A DNA stretch of 64,000 nt from a candidate division WOR-3 bacterium (GCA_965648905.1 CBFGIT010000007.1:8795-72794); one strand, 5' to 3'. Positions 28,847 to 40,661 are shown, counted from the first letter of the stretch. Notes: generated by a model from the letters alone, not told the origin. Program-made: numbers and translations.

Positions 28847-29133
28847 GTCTTCTTCTCCTCAGCCTTTTCCTTGCGCTGACCTGAATGCTGACGGAAGGTC
28901 CGGGTCGGGGCGAACTCGCCCAGACGGTGCCCGACCATTCGCTCGGTCACGTACACCGGCAGGAACCGATTGCCGTTGTGCACCGCAATCGTGCAGCCCA
29001 CGAATTCAGGCGGGATGATGCTACGCCGGGCATAGGTCTTGATCGTCCGCTTCTCGCCCGACTCGGTGACCTTGCGGACCTTGCGAAAGAGCTTCTCGTC
29101 GATGTACGGGCCCTTCTTCAGCGAACGTCCCAC
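28843..29133 (-). CDS. rpsS: 30S ribosomal protein S19
   Basis: [24 protein letters not shown]. Confidence 0.98.
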   Translation of the reverse strand: MGRSLKKGPYIDEKLFRKVRKVTESGEKRTIKTYARRSIIPPEFVGCTIAVHNGNRFLPVYVTERMVGHRLGEFAPTRTFRQHSGQRKEKAEEKKT

Positions 29134-29960
29134 TACTTGACTCTCCTCTGGACAATCATCCGGCTCGACTTCTTCTTCCGGTTGCGTGTCTTGAAGCCCT
29201 TGGCCGGAATGCCTCGTTCCGAGCAGGGATGCCGACCGCCCGAGCTCTTGCCCTCACCGCCGCCCATTGGATGGTCGATCGGGTTCTTGGCCACCGCGCG
29301 GCTGCACGGACGACGCCCCATGTGCCGGCTCCGCCCGGCCTTACCAATCGACACGTCTTTGTGCTCAGGATGCGAGACCCGGCCAATCGTCGCCTGACAG
29401 GCAAGGTGGAACCTTCTGATTTCAGTCGACGGGAGCTTGATGACCGCCAGGTCCTCTTCCTTATTCAGAATCTGCGCCGATGTTCCGGCTGAGCGGACGA
29501 GAAACGAACGGCTGTTGGGGTAGAGCTGCAGGTTGTGAATCTCAACCCCGACCGGGATATCGGAAAGCGGCATCGCATTACCCAGACGCACCGGCAGATT
29601 GCGGCCGGCAGCGACCTGGTCACCGGGTCCGAGTCCCTCCGGACACAGAATGTAGCGGTATTCGCCATCAGGATAACTCACCAGCGCGATTCTCGCCGAA
29701 CGGTTCGGGTCATACTCAACCGAGACAACCCGACCGCTCATGCCCACTTTGTCCCGTCGGAAGTCAATCGGTCGATAGTGCCGCTTCTCGCCGCCACCCC
29801 GGCCGCGCGCCGTAACCCGGCCGGTGTTGTTTCGGCCCGCGGTTCGGTGCAGTCGTTCGAGCAGAGCCTTACGCGGCTTCTGCCGCGAAAGCATCTCCCG
29901 GGTCGAGACCATGTAGTAACGACGCGCCGGAGTTGTCGGTCGGTAGAGTTTGATTCCCAT
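29133..29960 (-). CDS. rplB: 50S ribosomal protein L2
   Basis: [23 protein letters not shown]. Confidence 0.98.
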   Translation of the reverse strand: MGIKLYRPTTPARRYYMVSTREMLSRQKPRKALLERLHRTAGRNNTGRVTARGRGGGEKRHYRPIDFRRDKVGMSGRVVSVEYDPNRSARIALVSYPDGEYRYILCPEGLGPGDQVAAGRNLPVRLGNAMPLSDIPVGVEIHNLQLYPNSRSFLVRSAGTSAQILNKEEDLAVIKLPSTEIRRFHLACQATIGRVSHPEHKDVSIGKAGRSRHMGRRPCSRAVAKNPIDHPMGGGEGKSSGGRHPCSERGIPAKGFKTRNRKKKSSRMIVQRRVK

Positions 29961-29963
29961 CAG

Positions 29964-30251
29964 CTATCGCTCCAGCGCCTCAATCGTCTCGCCGCGTTTC
30001 AAGGTGACCACGGCTTTCTTCCAATCCGGTCGCCGGCCCGAGTAACGACCCATTCGCCGAACCTTGCCGCGGAAAACGGCAACATGCACATCGGTCACAT
30101 GCACCTTGAACAGCCGCTCAACTGCCCGGCGGACGTCGAGCTTGTTGGCCCCGGTTGCAACCCGGAAGGTGTACTTGTTCTCGTTGGCCCGCAGGCGCTC
30201 GGTCTTCTCCGTCACGATCGCGCCGACAATCACTGCCGTCGGTTCCATCAA
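29964..30251 (-). CDS. rplW: 50S ribosomal protein L23
   Basis: VTEK, ANK, WKKAVVTL. Confidence 0.96.
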   Translation of the reverse strand: MMEPTAVIVGAIVTEKTERLRANENKYTFRVATGANKLDVRRAVERLFKVHVTDVHVAVFRGKVRRMGRYSGRRPDWKKAVVTLKRGETIEALER

Positions 30252-30868
30252 GCTCCCCCTACCGTCTGCAACAGACTCCTGAGTCCGCTCTCGGTGAAAA
30301 CCACCTGTCGATGGCTCAGAACCTCGTATGCATTGACCTGTTGCGCCGGCATCACGGTGAGGCCGGGGATGTTGCGGCTCGCTCGCTTCATCACCGGCGA
30401 GACCGCACCGACCAACAGCAGGACCGAGCCTTCCAAGCCCAGTGTCTTGAGGATGCCGGACATCTCCTTGGTCTTCGGTGCGGCCGGCTCAAAATCCTCG
30501 ACGACACGAACCGCATCATCGGCCCGACGCGCGCTGAGCGCCTGCAGCAGCGCCTGACGCCTGACCTTGCGCGGAAGTTCGACACGGTAGTCACGAGGTC
30601 TGGGTCCGAACACAATCCCGCCCTTGCGGAAAATCGGTGAACGCCGCGAACCGTGCCGTGCCATGCCGGTGTGCTTCTGACGGTACGGTTTCTTGCCCGT
30701 GCCCGAGACCTCGGTCCGGGTCTTGGTGCAGGCCGTGCCCTGTCGCTGATTCGCCTGATGGCTCCGAACTGACTCCCACACCAGGGCCGACTTGCCTTCA
30801 ACCCGGAAAATCGAATCAGGCAGCTCTACGTTGCCCTTGACCGCGCCGGTGATCGTCAGAACGTCCAT
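30248..30868 (-). CDS. rplD: 50S ribosomal protein L4
   Basis: RQGT..TKTR.EVSG, ARHGS, GGIVFGPRPRDY. Confidence 0.97.
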   Translation of the reverse strand: MDVLTITGAVKGNVELPDSIFRVEGKSALVWESVRSHQANQRQGTACTKTRTEVSGTGKKPYRQKHTGMARHGSRRSPIFRKGGIVFGPRPRDYRVELPRKVRRQALLQALSARRADDAVRVVEDFEPAAPKTKEMSGILKTLGLEGSVLLLVGAVSPVMKRASRNIPGLTVMPAQQVNAYEVLSHRQVVFTESGLRSLLQTVGGA

Positions 30869-31486
30869 CTAGCCCTTCATGACTAGAACTACGCTGCCCC
30901 GGTGCCCGGGCACGGCACCGCGCACGTACAGACAGCCTCGTTCCGGCTCAACCTTCACAACTTTGAGGTTCTTCACCGTGACGCGCTCGGTGCCATAGTG
31001 ACCAGGCAGAGTCCGACCCCGAAGAACCCGGCCGGGCGAAGTTCCCGAGCCAACCGAACCGATCCGGCGATGGGACATCGAACCGTGGGAACTCGGTCCG
31101 CCGTGCCAGCCCCAGCGTCGCATTCCGCCGGCAAACCCTCGCCCTCTGGTCGTGCCGGTAACGCGGACCTTATCGCCGGGTTGAAGCAATTCCACACCCA
31201 GCTTCTGGCCGACCTGGAAGTCCTCGGACCTGTCGACTCGAACCTCGCGTAAGACGCCGCGCGGCTCCTGACCGGCTTTGCGGAAGTGACCGGCATACGG
31301 CTTGGTCAGTTGCCGCTTACTCGGTGTCCCTGAACCCAACTGAAGCGCCTCGTAACCATGCTCGGCCCGGTTCCTCCGGGCCACGACGACGTTCTCGGCG
31401 ATGTGAATCTCGGTCGAAGGCTGAACCAGGCCTTGCTCATCAACGAGCTGGCACATTTCACCCTTCCGACCGATGAGCATGATCAT
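30869..31486 (-). CDS. rplC: 50S ribosomal protein L3
   Basis: [27 protein letters not shown]. Confidence 0.97.
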   Translation of the reverse strand: MIMLIGRKGEMCQLVDEQGLVQPSTEIHIAENVVVARRNRAEHGYEALQLGSGTPSKRQLTKPYAGHFRKAGQEPRGVLREVRVDRSEDFQVGQKLGVELLQPGDKVRVTGTTRGRGFAGGMRRWGWHGGPSSHGSMSHRRIGSVGSGTSPGRVLRGRTLPGHYGTERVTVKNLKVVKVEPERGCLYVRGAVPGHRGSVVLVMKG

Positions 31487-31806
31487 GCCGACTTTATCTC
31501 CACTTCCACGCCGGCCGGCACCTCAAGCTTCATCAGGGCATCAACCATCTCTGCGGTCGCATTGGAAATCTCAATCAGTCGCTTGTGCACACGCAGCTCA
31601 AACTGCTCCCGCGACTTCTTATCAACATGCGGCGAACGCAGCACCGTGAACAGGGTGCGCTTGGTCGGCAACGGCACCGGCCCCGACACCTGGGCACCGG
31701 TCCGCTTGGCAACGTCCACGATGTCCTTGGCCGACTGGTCAAGAACACGGTGGTCATAAGCCTTCAGCTTGATTCTGATTTTCTTCGCACTTCTAATCAG
31801 ACTCAT
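31483..31806 (-). CDS. rpsJ: 30S ribosomal protein S10
   Basis: [31 protein letters not shown]. Confidence 0.98.
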   Translation of the reverse strand: MSLIRSAKKIRIKLKAYDHRVLDQSAKDIVDVAKRTGAQVSGPVPLPTKRTLFTVLRSPHVDKKSREQFELRVHKRLIEISNATAEMVDALMKLEVPAGVEVEIKSA

Positions 31807-31912
31807 ACAGACGCAAAAACTCCTGTCGGACGACGTTCACACGCTTGACGGAAATCACTTGTTGCAGGGGGCCGCCCAGCGCAGCCCTTCGCCGCCGTGG
31901 CGAAAGCCGCTA

Positions 31913-31940
31913 ACTATAGGCAAATCCCGGCACTTGTCAA
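31913..31940 (-). promoter_or_regulatory. S10 operon promoter (proximal)
   Basis: TTGACA-N16-TATAGT. Confidence 0.75.
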
Positions 31941-32019
31941 CATCTGCAGCATCAATCGCAAGACTGCTCTGACCTGCCTCGGGTCAGGAGCCAGTTTGAC
32001 CTGCAGCTCTAACTGGTCA

Positions 32020-32047
32020 ACTATAGCTGAGACCGGCCGCTTGTCAA
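32020..32047 (-). promoter_or_regulatory. S10 operon promoter (distal, tandem)
   Basis: Second TTGACA-N16-TATAGT, 107 bp upstream of the first. Confidence 0.7.
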
Positions 32048-32189
32048 GCAGAACGCAGATGCCGGACTCGCCTGGGGCGCCAAGTCAAGATGCAGACTGC
32101 AGAAGGCAGAATGTCACACTGCCCGGACATTCTGCAAAGCCCGCCGACCTACCGGCACTCCGAAGAACCGCTGGTCTGGCTTCGAGCAA

Positions 32190-32477
32190 TGCCTGTGGTT
32201 GGGACTCTTTGGGTGCCGACGGTTGTGCCGGGAACCGGGCAGCACGAAAGCACGGTGGCCGTTCCGACTGGCGTCACAAGGCTCGTGCCGGCAGCAATTC
32301 CGAGTCACTTGCCGGCTGAGTGCTCTGTTCCAATCCCGCGCGGCATTTCCTCAGAATTGCCCTGACCATGGCATTGAACAAGACCGCTGGTCAGACCGGC
32401 AGCAGTACCAATGGGAATCCCTTGGGGAACGGCCTGCCGGACGGAAGTCATCCTTGGTCAAAGCCTGCCATCGAAGC
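32190..32477. repeat. degenerate 12-bp-periodic array
   Basis: 24 in-register 12-mers, 14 with CC at positions 3-4 (TGCCTGTGGTTG, TGCCGACGGTTG, TGCCGGGAACCG, TGCCGGCAGCAA, GACCGGCAGCAG, TACCAATGGGAA, TCCCTTGGGGAA). Confidence 0.6.
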
Positions 32478-32652
32478 GGAGTTTACGGGTCGCAACACAC
32501 GTAAGAACAACTGGTTGGGCCTGCACCTGCCGGCACATTGAACGCCATCTCCCCTGTTGCGCGTTAGATTCTGCGCCCCGGCGGCTCTAATACATTGCTG
32601 ACGAGAGAAGAACGGCACTTGACTGAGCCGATAACCGCTCTAGGATAGAACG

Positions 32653-33441
32653 ATGTTTCCTACAATACTGAAGGTCGGCGGCCTGCACATCTACTCCTAC
32701 GGGTTGATGCTCTTTGTCTCCTTTGTTGCTGGCATCGGCATCGTCGAACGCCGGGCCAAGCGGTTCGGCGTGGAGCCGCGTCGGATTACGGACCTCGCCT
32801 TGTGGGTGCTGGTCTCGGTCGTCGTTGGTTCCCGGTTGTTCTACGTGGCATTTCACTGGAACGAATTCGCTAACGACCTCATCGGCATCATTGCCTTCTG
32901 GCGCGGCGGCTTGGCCGGTCTGATGTTCTATGGCGGTTTTCTGGGCGGAATCATTGCGGGCGTGGTCTTTGTGTTGGTGCACAAACTGCCGGTTCGGAAG
33001 CTGATGGATGCGATTGCCCCCGCGGTCATGCTGGGGGAAGGGTTCACGCGCATCGGCTGTTTTCTCAACGGCTGTTGTTTTGGTTCGCCGACCACGTGCC
33101 CGACCGGCATGCACTTTCCCATCCATTCGCCGGCCGGTGCGACGTTTCCCGGTCAGGCGATTCACCCGACCCAGCTCTACTCCTCTGCGGCCGGATTCAT
33201 CCTGTTCGGATTCGCGCTCTGGCTGGAGCGGCGCAATCTGAAGCCAGGCGTGCTCTCCGGCATCTTGCTTGTCGTCTATTCGCTTTTCCGGTTCGGAATA
33301 GACTTTGTACGGTACTATGAGAACGCGGCGAACTTCTGGGGCAACCAGGTTGTCTCACTTGCCCTCACCGCAGTCGGCATCGTCGTGGTCGTAGTCTGCC
33401 TGCGGATGAGCCGCGGCGGAGTTTCTCCCAGCCGGGCTTGA
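32653..33441 (+). CDS. lgt: prolipoprotein diacylglyceryl transferase
   Basis: YSYGLM, GSRLFYV, FYGG, RIGCFLNGCC, HPTQLY. Confidence 0.95.
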   Translation: MFPTILKVGGLHIYSYGLMLFVSFVAGIGIVERRAKRFGVEPRRITDLALWVLVSVVVGSRLFYVAFHWNEFANDLIGIIAFWRGGLAGLMFYGGFLGGIIAGVVFVLVHKLPVRKLMDAIAPAVMLGEGFTRIGCFLNGCCFGSPTTCPTGMHFPIHSPAGATFPGQAIHPTQLYSSAAGFILFGFALWLERRNLKPGVLSGILLVVYSLFRFGIDFVRYYENAANFWGNQVVSLALTAVGIVVVVVCLRMSRGGVSPSRA

Positions 33442-34154
33442 GGCGCGGTCTCGGTTTCCTGTTCCGGGCGCTGGCGGACTTCTTCTTTCCGCCAATCTGT
33501 TACGGGTGTAATGAAGAAGCCGAGCAGGGGCTGGTATGCGACTCGTGTCGGCTTCTCCTGTTCACAAGCGAGCTGGACGTCTGCCCGAACTGTGGCCGGG
33601 CCTGCGTTGAGACGTGCTCAAGATGTGACGAGCACCTGCTGTCCCGCGTTCGGGCGCTCGGGCCCTATGCCGAGCCGTTTCGTGGGCTCATCCACGCGCT
33701 CAAGTACCACGAGAAGACAGGGCTGGCCGACCTGCTGGGTCGGGCCCTGGCCTCACTGGCACTGCAGGACACAGAGCTACGGCAGGCCGACGTCGTGTGC
33801 GCGGTGCCGCTGCACCCGGCACGCCAACGCGAGCGCGGGTACAACCAGTCCGAGCTGCTGGCCCGCGCCGTCTCAGCCGAGACCGGTATCGCCTTCGTCG
33901 ATGCCCTACTGCGGAAGCGCAACACACCAACTCAGACTTCTCAGTCGGGCACAGCGCAGCGCCGAAGGAACGTGGAGGACGCGTTCCGGATAAGGCCCGG
34001 GGCAAACGTCGCGGGAGCACACGTAGTTCTCGTTGACGACGTTACAACTTCCGGTGCGACGCTCAACGCCGCGGCCAGGCACTTGCTCGGCGCCGGCGCG
34101 GTCAACGTGATGGGGCTGGTCGTGGCCGCGGCCAGCCCGGTTGAAGGCAGCTAG
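33438..34154 (+). CDS. comF: ComF family protein (double Zn ribbon + PRTase)
   Basis: CxxC pairs, VPLH...RERGYNQS, LVDDVTTSGAT. Confidence 0.92.
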   Translation: MRRGLGFLFRALADFFFPPICYGCNEEAEQGLVCDSCRLLLFTSELDVCPNCGRACVETCSRCDEHLLSRVRALGPYAEPFRGLIHALKYHEKTGLADLLGRALASLALQDTELRQADVVCAVPLHPARQRERGYNQSELLARAVSAETGIAFVDALLRKRNTPTQTSQSGTAQRRRNVEDAFRIRPGANVAGAHVVLVDDVTTSGATLNAAARHLLGAGAVNVMGLVVAAASPVEGS

Positions 34155-34163
34155 CCCGGAGTC

Positions 34164-35312
34164 ATGAGAGTCTGCATTGTGACCGACGCTTTCCTGCCTT
34201 CGGTCGGCGGCATCGAAAATCACATTCTTCATCTTGGGACGATTCTGAGACGCATGGGCCATGACGTGATTGTTGTCACCCACGCCGTGCCCAACCACAT
34301 CACCATGCCTGAGCAGGTCGAGCTTGCCATTCCTGTGCATCGATTGCCCGGTGCGCTGCTCGTCTTTCGTGACCATGACATTGCGCTTGACCCGCGCATG
34401 TTTCCGGCGTTCAGTCCGGTGTTGGATGAGTTCAAACCGGACATCGTCCACGGCCAGAGCGAAGGTTCGCTGCTGGTCTACGGCACGCTGGCGCTCGCCC
34501 GGCGTCGCCGGATACCGACTGTCATCACCCGGCATTCAATCATCGGGGCAAAACCTGGGTTCATCCGACCGGCCCTGCATCTGGCTGCCCGGTTGTTCTC
34601 GGTTGCGGCTGACGGTCTGATTGCCGTGAGCCGGGCCTGCGCTCTGGAGGCAGATGGATTTCGTGGCCCCATGAAGGTAATCCCGAACGGGGTTGACATT
34701 ACGACGTTCTACCCCAATCCAGCTCGAAGAGCACAGACCAGACAGGAGCTCGGCTGCGGACAGGATGATGTTGTGGTCGGGTTCGTCGGCCGACTCCACA
34801 CGACCAAGGGTATCCCGCTCTTGTTCTCCATGTTTGACCGACTGGCCCGCGCCCATGACCACGTGCAACTGCTTGTTGTCGGACCCGGCCCTCTGCGTCA
34901 GTGGGCTGAGGTTCAGGCGGCAGGGAACCGCACCCGTATTCGAGTACTCGGTGCCCAGCCGTATGACCAAGTCGCCCGACTACTCAATGCCATGGATGTC
35001 TTTGCGCTACCTTCACGCAGTGAGGGTTTCGGTATCTCGGTGCTTGAGGCAATGGCCTGTGGTGTTCCGTCGGTCGCTTTCAACCGGTGGGGTCTCAAGG
35101 AGCTGGTCGAGAACGGACGCACGGGGTTGCTGGCCGACTCGCCTGACGATTTCTACCTTCGGCTTGAGTCTCTGTGCACCGATGCTAGGTTGCGGCGGGA
35201 GATAGGTGAGGCCGCGAGCCGGAGAGCAAGCGGGGTATTCTGCTGGGAGCGGGTTGCGGCCGAGACCGTGGCCTTCTACCGTGAGCTGGTCGCACGACCG
35301 AGTTCTGAGTGA
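34164..35312 (+). CDS. glycosyltransferase family 4
   Basis: PSVGGIE, IPNGVD, FVGRL...KG, EGFGISVLEAMACG. Confidence 0.92.
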   Translation: MRVCIVTDAFLPSVGGIENHILHLGTILRRMGHDVIVVTHAVPNHITMPEQVELAIPVHRLPGALLVFRDHDIALDPRMFPAFSPVLDEFKPDIVHGQSEGSLLVYGTLALARRRRIPTVITRHSIIGAKPGFIRPALHLAARLFSVAADGLIAVSRACALEADGFRGPMKVIPNGVDITTFYPNPARRAQTRQELGCGQDDVVVGFVGRLHTTKGIPLLFSMFDRLARAHDHVQLLVVGPGPLRQWAEVQAAGNRTRIRVLGAQPYDQVARLLNAMDVFALPSRSEGFGISVLEAMACGVPSVAFNRWGLKELVENGRTGLLADSPDDFYLRLESLCTDARLRREIGEAASRRASGVFCWERVAAETVAFYRELVARPSSE

Positions 35313-36535
35313 TTGAGCAGAACGCCGCGCCAGCCGACCGTGACCAGATAGTAGACCACGAACGAGCTGCCGAGCCACGAGGCAGGCAGAGAAACGTCCC
35401 AGCCGCTTGTTGACGGTTCGACCCGTACCGAGTCGGCGAACACCGAATCTGCCGCCGGGGCCAGCCGCACGACCGGCAGCTCGTCGTCCGCAGCAAGACC
35501 AAGCGCCAGAGTTCTGTGTCTTGCTGCGCCGCTTCTGCCCACAACCGCATGGATGAACAGGTCGTAATCGAGGCCCGGGCATGCCTGGGTTTCCAGCGCA
35601 AGATGGACCAGCGCACCGGAATCAGTCAGGCCGAATGCCAGCGTATCGACCAACGCGTTCCGCACCAGTCCGGTCTGAGGTGCGTTCGAGACGACGGGCG
35701 AGCTGCCGGCCCGGATTGTGTCGAAAGTCTCCGCATCACGACACAGCTCAGCAAGACAATTGCCCGGAACCCGAACCTGAGTCCTGTGCCGATTGAGGGC
35801 GTCGAGCTTGCGGCTGATTTCATCCTGACTAAGCGCTACCACCAGGTGCACACCGTGAACACCCGGCCCGTGAATCGGGGCATACTGCAGTATTGCCGGC
35901 ACGGGCAGCAACGTGTCCGGCCAGCATTCCAGTACCAGCACGGAAAAAGCCGCCGCTGCCCAATGGTCCGAGTGAGCGTCAATCGTGTTGGGGCAAAGAA
36001 TGACATCAGGTCGCAGATGATGGAGGCACTCGGCCAGGATTTCCATCAGCCGCTGTCCCGAGTAGACGTTGCCGATAGAGTCATAGGGGCTGCGGTCCAC
36101 GTCGGTGGTCGGCGAGCGAAATGGCTGCTCCCAGGACTCACACCACAGTCGGGCCAGCCCCTGGTCAGGGTAGCCCAGGAAAGTCAGATGCTCAGCCGGC
36201 AGTCCGAGCTCGCCAGCCCCGGCCCGGGCTTCTTCCATCCGCCTTCTTCCCAGACTGATGTATTCGTTCGGCCCGACCCACGGAGTCCAATTGCTTAGTG
36301 CCGCGCTGGTCCAGGAACCGTCGCCTGAGGTCAGATACACGACCCACACCGAATCGCCCCGGGCCAGGACCTGCTGCACCAGGCCGCCGCAACCCAGTAC
36401 TTCGTCGTCCGGATGTGGTGCGAGAATCACAAGCCTTTGCCTTCTGTCTTTCGACACAGAGAGCACAGACTGCCCGGCAAGAAGACCGGGCAGAGCAACG
36501 AGGAACAATGCCCAGGCAACGCTGCGCAAGCTCAT
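35276..36535 (-). CDS. PIG-L/LmbE family deacetylase with signal peptide
   Basis: APHPDDEVLG, TSGD, FLGYPD, DAHSDH. Confidence 0.88.
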   Translation of the reverse strand: MSLRSVAWALFLVALPGLLAGQSVLSVSKDRRQRLVILAPHPDDEVLGCGGLVQQVLARGDSVWVVYLTSGDGSWTSAALSNWTPWVGPNEYISLGRRRMEEARAGAGELGLPAEHLTFLGYPDQGLARLWCESWEQPFRSPTTDVDRSPYDSIGNVYSGQRLMEILAECLHHLRPDVILCPNTIDAHSDHWAAAAFSVLVLECWPDTLLPVPAILQYAPIHGPGVHGVHLVVALSQDEISRKLDALNRHRTQVRVPGNCLAELCRDAETFDTIRAGSSPVVSNAPQTGLVRNALVDTLAFGLTDSGALVHLALETQACPGLDYDLFIHAVVGRSGAARHRTLALGLAADDELPVVRLAPAADSVFADSVRVEPSTSGWDVSLPASWLGSSFVVYYLVTVGWRGVLLNHSELGRATSSR

Positions 36536-36675
36536 GCAGTCAATAGTATATGCGAGGTAACGACCCGTCCAGAAAGTTTGACCGCGCGACAGAAGACGCT
36601 CTGTCTCCCGCCGAACAGAAGCCGCGACCGGCTCGGCCGCAGGAAACGCTCGGGTTACGAGTCTAATACTGTATC

Positions 36676-39129
36676 ATGCTGCAAAACCTACGCCCCCGGA
36701 CAGGTCGACTGTCGCGTCTCGCTGGTCTATTGCTGGTTCTGGTTGCGGTCGGTTCAGGCCAGCCCGAGCCGGGTCGTCGCGGCCCGTATCAGGGCCCAAC
36801 CGCAACTATCACCGGTCGAGTATTCGATGCCGACCTCAAAGCTCCGGTTGAATACGCCAACATCGTGCTGCACCGGCAACGCGACTCAAGCCAGGTGACG
36901 GGAACGGTCACAACCGCGACAGGGCAATTCGAACTGACCGGCATCGCACCGGGTCGGTACTACCTTGAGGTATCATTCATCGGCTATCGCAGCAGAACGC
37001 TCAAGGACATTCAGGTCACACCCGGCGCGAGAGTAGACCTCGGACGACTTGAGCTCCGTCAGACCGCAGTCGCGGTCGAGGGCGTCGAAGCCACGGCCGA
37101 GCGGCCCGAGCTCTCATACCGCATCGACAAGAAAGTTGTGGACGTAAGCCGGATGGCCACCGCAGCATCAGGTACTGCCGTCGACGTGCTCGAGAACGTA
37201 CCGTCAGTCAAGGTCGACGTGGAAGGGAACGTATCCCTGCGCGGCAGCCAGAACTTCACCGTGCTGATTGATGGTGCCCCGTCGCCGATTGAAGGCAGTG
37301 ACGCCCTTCAGCAGATTCCTGCTGCCACCATCGACCGGATTGAGATCATCACCAATCCTTCGGCCCGGCACGACCCGGAAGGGGTCTCGGGGATTGTCAA
37401 CGTGATTCTGAAGAAGCAGCGCCAGGCCGGCATCAGCGGGATTGTGTCGACCGACCTCAGTTGGCCCCGACGCTACGGCGGCAGCGTACTGGTGAACTAC
37501 CGACTGGATGGGCTGAGTCTGTTCGGCGGCGCAGACGTCCGTCGCGGCGGGTTTCCCGGAACCCGCCTCACCGAAAGCTGGACCCAGGACGCTGCCGGTA
37601 ACAGGACCTACAACAATTCGACCGGCACCGGTGAGCGCAGACATGAATCGTACGGCCTGCGCGCCGGCGGTGACTATCGGCTCTCGACTCACGACCGCAC
37701 CAGTGTCAGCCTGCGGTACGGCGACCATGGGTTCGGAATGAGCCAGCAGGCGACCTACGAACGCTGGCGCCTGCCTGAAGCGGACACGACCCGCGAGCTT
37801 AGTTGTGACACCTCGCGCCGCGGCGGCAATCACCTGTCCGTCAACCTGGAGCATCAGCACGGGTTCGGCAGAGAAGGACACCAACTTTCCGGTTCGGTGA
37901 ACTACCTGCGCCGCAGCGGGACCGACCGCTCGGTCAGTCTGCTGCTCGACACCACCGGCAGGAACATCATCAGCGGCCGGCGACAGGAGGAGAAAGGGCC
38001 GCGCCAGCCGCTGCGCCTGAAGCTCGACTACTCTCTGCCGCTCCGCATCGAGGACAAACTCGAAGCCGGCGTACAGGCTGGGATTCACCGTGCCCGGAGT
38101 GAGAGCCGAGTCTGGGAGTACGACCGGGCCGCTGACAGCTTCAGGTACAGCCAGACTGTCACCTACGCGGACAATGTCACTGCGGTCTACGCACAGTATG
38201 CCGGCAAGCACTCAGCACTCGGGTTTCAACCCGGTCTGCGGGTCGAGCATTCAGACCGGCTGGTCAGTTCGGGCTCGGGCGAGTATCGGTTCAGGCACTG
38301 GGACTACTTCCCGACCATGCACCTGTCGTACGACCTGCCGGTACATCAGCAGGTGATGGCAAGCTACACACGCCGCATCGAGCGGCCGCGGGGCTGGGAA
38401 CTGTGGCCGTTCGAGTCGCGCCAGGACGCCTACAATGTCCGACGCGGCAACCCCGAGCTGAAGCCGGAAATCACCGACGCGTTCGAGGCAGGATGGCAGG
38501 CACCATTGGGCGCGAGTCGGATTTCGGTTGAAGGGTACTACCGCATCACCCACGACAAGATCGAACGGCTGCGCTCGGTCTACGAGCCCGGCGTAATACT
38601 CCACACTGCCGCGAACGTCGGCGCCGACTACTCACTCGGTTCCGAGCTGCTCCTTGACCTCCAGTTGCTCAGGTGGTGGCGGGTGAATCTGTCCGGAGAC
38701 ATCTATGACTACCGCATTACGGGCAGGTACAAAGACCAGGACTTCTCCAACTCAAGCTTCAACTGGGGCGGGCGGCTGGCAAACGACTTCATTCTGCCGA
38801 CCCAGACCCGGATTCAGCTCAACCTTCGCTACGAAAGCCCGAAAGCCACGGCCCAGGGCCGTGATGCCGGCCGGCTCATGAGCGAAACCGCGGTTCGCCA
38901 GCAGTTCTTCAACCGTCAGCTCTCGGTGGCATTCCAGGTACGTGACCTGCTGGGCGCCGGAGGTTTCGAGTCAACATCCGAAGGCAGTCAGTTCTACAAC
39001 TACTTCCGGTTCCGACAGCAGTCTCCGACAATAAGCCTGAACCTGACATGGAACTTCAACAACTACCGCACCGAACGTCGGCGTCAGGAGAACGATGTTG
39101 ATGACTCGGAGCGTGACGCTGAATACTAG
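36676..39129 (+). CDS. TonB-dependent receptor
   Basis: Carboxypeptidase-regulatory-like N domain, plug (IEIITNPSARHD...GIVNVIL), GNPELKPE, beta-barrel C-terminus. Confidence 0.9.
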   Translation: MLQNLRPRTGRLSRLAGLLLVLVAVGSGQPEPGRRGPYQGPTATITGRVFDADLKAPVEYANIVLHRQRDSSQVTGTVTTATGQFELTGIAPGRYYLEVSFIGYRSRTLKDIQVTPGARVDLGRLELRQTAVAVEGVEATAERPELSYRIDKKVVDVSRMATAASGTAVDVLENVPSVKVDVEGNVSLRGSQNFTVLIDGAPSPIEGSDALQQIPAATIDRIEIITNPSARHDPEGVSGIVNVILKKQRQAGISGIVSTDLSWPRRYGGSVLVNYRLDGLSLFGGADVRRGGFPGTRLTESWTQDAAGNRTYNNSTGTGERRHESYGLRAGGDYRLSTHDRTSVSLRYGDHGFGMSQQATYERWRLPEADTTRELSCDTSRRGGNHLSVNLEHQHGFGREGHQLSGSVNYLRRSGTDRSVSLLLDTTGRNIISGRRQEEKGPRQPLRLKLDYSLPLRIEDKLEAGVQAGIHRARSESRVWEYDRAADSFRYSQTVTYADNVTAVYAQYAGKHSALGFQPGLRVEHSDRLVSSGSGEYRFRHWDYFPTMHLSYDLPVHQQVMASYTRRIERPRGWELWPFESRQDAYNVRRGNPELKPEITDAFEAGWQAPLGASRISVEGYYRITHDKIERLRSVYEPGVILHTAANVGADYSLGSELLLDLQLLRWWRVNLSGDIYDYRITGRYKDQDFSNSSFNWGGRLANDFILPTQTRIQLNLRYESPKATAQGRDAGRLMSETAVRQQFFNRQLSVAFQVRDLLGAGGFESTSEGSQFYNYFRFRQQSPTISLNLTWNFNNYRTERRRQENDVDDSERDAEY

Positions 39130-39136
39130 ACCGCGG

Positions 39137-39645
39137 TTACCGGACACGCTCGGCCGGGCAGGATGATTCATGCCCGGCCAGATTCAGATTCGCGCCACAG
39201 CACGGACACAGACCCCGGCAGTCAGGCCGGCAGGTTGGTGCCATCGGTACTGCCAGGTGCACGGCATCATGAGTCAACGGCCCCAGGTCCAGCAGGTCGC
39301 CGTGGAGCCGGTTCCGGTCTGACTCATCGTCGGACAACTCCGCGCCCTCAGTCCCATCGCGTTCCAGAAACTCGGCAGTCAGCAGCTCGCTCAGTGCGCA
39401 CTCGTACTCAACCCCACACAAAGCACAGACGAGTCTGGCCCGAAACGAAACCGAACCCGCCACCATCAGGCGCTGGCCGGTTCGGACCACGCCAACCTCA
39501 ACCCGAACCGGCCCCAGCAACTGCGCGAACGACGGATTCTCCGCCACCTCCTGCCCGCTGAGACCCATTTCCTCCGGCTCCAGTTCATAGCTCAGTTGAT
39601 TATCGCCCTGTTTGAGCGAGCCCAGGTGAATGGCAAGCCGCGACC

Positions 39646-39649
<4 letters not shown>
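39137..39649 (-). CDS. yceD: DUF177/YceD family protein (probable CTG start)
   Basis: CALC, LAVPM.PTCRPDCRGLCPCCGANLN; frame open upstream of ATG 39568 to CTG 39649 with SD GGAGG. Confidence 0.8.
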
Positions 39650-40656
<1,007 letters not shown>

Positions 40657-40661
40657 CGTTC

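Noticed and set aside
24452..31759. Long plus-strand ORFs across the ribosomal cluster
   Set aside because: Antisense shadows of conserved ribosomal protein genes
31897..32541. Two same-frame ORFs split by one TGA (possible selenocysteine readthrough)
   Set aside because: No recognisable protein, overlaps two promoters, no SECIS-like hairpin identified
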